NCBI GenBank assembly: GCA_977030845.1
Contig: OZ365111.1
Coordinates: 14,012,001 to 14,076,000, forward strand
Direction of reading: 5' to 3'
Length of the DNA stretch: 64,000 bases
Source: Fimbriosthenelais zetlandica
Lineage: Eukaryota
Both the position numbers and the translations under genes were made by a program. The number at the start of each line of letters is the position of its first letter. Position 1 is the first letter of the stretch. Under the pieces are notes generated by a model, which was not told the DNA's origin, searched no databases, and worked only from the letters and a program-made list of their open reading frames with translations. Positions 60,641-64,000 of the stretch are shown one piece after another.

Positions 60641-61909
60641 TTAAGCTATAGGCATGCATGCCAGTATCAAAAAGTATGTGGATCAATATAATATGCAGCA
60701 TATACAAGGCAATTCAGAGCTTCATACACTTAACTATAATATGATCCTTTATGATACACGCAATCACATATACTATCAAAAAAGTCAGAAATAGACTTTT
60801 CCATCATAAGGCCCTATGTAATAGATCTATTTCATAATCAAACTACACATTAGTCGATGTTTTTTTTAATAATATATAATTTATTTAGTAAATAATGATA
60901 ATGGGACCCCTGACATATATAATCCTTTGGCCCCTGGGTTCATTAGGATGTTCTATTGGTGGCAATAGAAAGGCGACCTTCCCATATTGCTTTTCATAGT
61001 TGCAAACATAAGACTGGGGACATAAAAAGATTGGTGTATGAATACTAGCCTAGAGGTAACCTATACATTTGTACAGTTGTATGGAAGGCTGGTATAGGAT
61101 GCGCACCAGACTAATATCAACCCAGGCAGACACTCGTATCTATTTTGTCCATAAAAGTGGCAGAACCACCTCACTACAATGAGCTAAGGGTCTGAAAATG
61201 ACGTTTTTAGTGCACAGGGAAATGTTTCAGTAAGGAACGATATTAAGGTCCCAAAATGGAACAATTCAAATCCCTTCATTAACCTATGCTCGAGTGTAAT
61301 GAAATTTCATCAATTCATTCATTATCCTCCATAACTGTTCAGTGATTCATTTAACATGTCAAGGGCAATTCCCCATGCAATACTCGCCCACAGCGCGCCT
61401 GAATTATTAGAAATAAGGCACCTCCTAAGTCCCTACTCTAATCTTTATTCAATTGAGGCCGCTGTAAATTGGCCGTCAACTGTTTCAAACTGAGTAATCA
61501 TTAATGTGACTTGCTAAATAGGTAATCGAATTAAGACGAGCAAGGCGGTCCTCAAGGGAAAAAGTATAGCCAGAGGCTCCCCCGAGTGGGACCGACAAGA
61601 ACCAATGATCATGAGGCGCTCCTGAGCTACTCCCAACCTCCAGCTCTACTCTGCCTCCTATATGCAATTCTTCGAACTAACTCTTCCTCTTTTAAATCTT
61701 TCCAGACCAAGTTTTCACAATTGACAATTTCATTATGCATGCTGGAATGCTGGAATGCCAAAAAAGATATAATGTCGGATTCCTTATGTTGGCTAATTTT
61801 AAGTTTTATGCTATTTTCAATTCCACCCACGACTTGGTATCCCCATTTGAAACAAATATTAGGCAATGACTTTCCTTTGCTAATATAATGATCGCGATTG
61901 TCTTGAATC

Positions 61910-61926
61910 TGGCTCCAGGGGGCGAC
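61910..61926 (+). promoter_or_regulatory. CTCF-like motif
   Basis: TGGCTCCAGGGGGCGAC is close to the consensus TGGCCACCAGGGGGCGC. Confidence 0.35.
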
Positions 61927-62899
61927 ACGTCTGTGGACCCTCCTTCCAATGTATGAATGCTCACTCTGTCACTCATCGGTCAATGACCTGTCAATGAGCA
62001 TAATTTATTTGGCTATCCGTGATATTTTGCCTATTGCCGTTTCAAAAATCCAGGCTAATATAGAGGAAGTGCGTAGATGGAGTGGTTTAAAAGATCATAT
62101 TTGCATAAAAGTGAGAGACAAAGGCTGATAGGATTAGACCTAGTACTCTGTCCACCCCAATATATACAATGCATGAATTCAGACTTGACGGTTCCAAATA
62201 TTGACTTTTACAACTTCTACGATGTCTTTATAGGCAGTTGAAAAGTGCAGAAAAAGCTAGCTGCCCTCTGATCTGTATGCCTTCCTAGGTTTAGCACACA
62301 GCAATCACTGCCTTGCTTATCTTCCTCCCTCAGACACCTCTTAACTTAAACACTAACTGACGATGAGAAGAACTTGAAAAAACACTTTTCATCCCCGTTT
62401 CGAATTATAATCATTTCCCTCAAGATTTTTTCGGATATTCTTTTAATACTGTATCCGTTTGTACATAATACATATCATACGCCTTTCTCTTGAACTACGA
62501 AACTTCTGATGGGGTATAGACGAGTTCATATCAATATTTTCAGAATGTGTATTATGCAATTTGATGAAACTTTTAAGTGTAACAAATGTGAATGACAGTT
62601 CATGGACATCATTGAAACTCTGTTCAAGAGTATTTTTTCGCTGGGAAACTGCAACCGTGAAAGGCACCGTGACAAAATTAATGAAACACCGCTAATAGTC
62701 CATAGATTGTCTAACTTAACACTTACAAACATCAGTTGCAGACATTATAGGACGTGGGAGGTGGAGATTACATAGGGAGAGGTGCTAAAAGAGCATTAGC
62801 ATGTTGTAAGCGGCGCTGCGGAGGTGCTCACATTGATTGCAGAGCAACATACCAACTCGTGTCGAGCATTTCTAGCCTGCCACCCATCCCTCCCTTGTG

Positions 62900-63700
62900 G
62901 ATACCATTCACTGGTCTATCACTGACACTAGTTATTTGTTCGCCCGGAGAATTGGCCAACACACCAGCCTCCCAGCCCTCCCATATCTCCGGTGTCCAAA
63001 CACTCCTCAATCCTCTCCAGGCGGGATTATGCAGCAAAGCGTCCAGGAAGCGGCGTGGAGAGCATCAGGCCCCATGTTCTCTCCAGGCACTTCAACGGAG
63101 GATACAAGGCTAACATGTGGTTCTACAGGGATGGGTAGGGGTGGGGGTGAAGGAGAGGGGGGCGGGGGGGGGGGGGGGGGTGATCAGGGAGAATTGGTTC
63201 TTCTTCATAGACCATACAACTTGAACCCTCCTTGTATATCCTCTCCAGCTCACTCACTCTTAAGCCAGGTCCAAACAAATTGTTTAATTTAAGATAGTTT
63301 GTGTGAATATTGAGGAACATAATTCTAATCCAGTTAAGTAATATGAGACTATACATTGTGTATCTATTATAAATGTACTTCATTCTGTCGCTTTGCTTTG
63401 CGTGATCCGATTTTTCCCGAGCGTCACTGCCCGAAAATGTGTCGCGACACCTTTGTGCAGTGTCGAAATGTGTCTTTTCTAAATCGTTGATATTTCATGA
63501 GGAGTTGTGTTCTCTCCGCGGGCATCTATCCATAACTCCCTTTCGTTATTTCTCTTAATCAAATGATGCAGACATTAGTTATGTCAATTACCAAAATAAT
63601 TGCAGAACATTTCGCTGATGATCTGTGTCATGGGATTGACATCAGATCTGCTTGTAAATTCGTCATGGACAAAATGATACATTTCAAACTTGAAGCCATT
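62900..63700 (+). mobile_element. Degenerate LINE reverse-transcriptase remnant
   Basis: LSLTLVIC (62916-62939) resembles ISLTSxxC and LLNPLQAG (63003-63026) resembles LLxxxQxGF. A further FADD (63611-63622) resembles the catalytic (Y/F)ADD motif. Order is correct, but the link across the poly-G tract is uncertain. Confidence 0.45.
63131..63180 (+). repeat. G-rich / poly-G tract
   Basis: Several G runs ending in an uninterrupted run of about 17 G. Confidence 0.9.
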
Positions 63701-64000
63701 CATAAGTTTGCTAGAACTGGACGAAACAAACAAGAAGTTTGCATAGGATGTTTCCTCTTAACTTATGCATGTGCCATGAGTAAATGCTTGCATTGTAAGA
63801 TAGCAACTTATCGTACAGTGAATTCCAGACACTAGATTATAGGATTGGGTATGTCAACATTGCAGCGTTCTGGTTTTCCTTAGCCATCAGCCTAAGCATT
63901 CATTTGTGTTGGTAAATCATAGATTCAGAGTTTATGTCACTTTCAGTTGAAGGAATTTTGAATTTCTTCAGGAAATACGGCTGGGTCATCCTATCATTGT

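Noticed and set aside
1-64000. CRISPR arrays, rRNA, snRNA, core histone genes, and the many 60-100 aa ORFs in the track
   Set aside because: No repeat-spacer structure, no rRNA, U-snRNA or core histone motifs seen. The short ORFs match chance expectation for six frames of 64 kb.

Overview
Intron-rich metazoan genomic DNA, roughly 40% GC by eye. It is probably from a marine lophotrochozoan, inferred from the SINE type and the H1 sequence. Only two intact, recognisable protein genes are present. The first is a solitary histone H1 gene (2260-2859, minus). It has two tandem histone stem-loops, a downstream AATAAA, and a promoter with an upstream TG element, AC box, GC box, H4-box-like element and TATA. 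It lies convergent to, or nested in, an unidentified plus-strand spliced gene. The second is an intronless RASL10-like small GTPase (33819-34475, minus). The rest is non-coding DNA with a TSD-flanked SINE, fold-back MITE-like elements, several degenerate minisatellites and weak LINE remnants. There are also several minus-strand tracts that look like decayed multi-exon genes, which I could not assign to a family and support only weakly. The most interesting signal is the 3' and 5' control architecture of the H1 gene.
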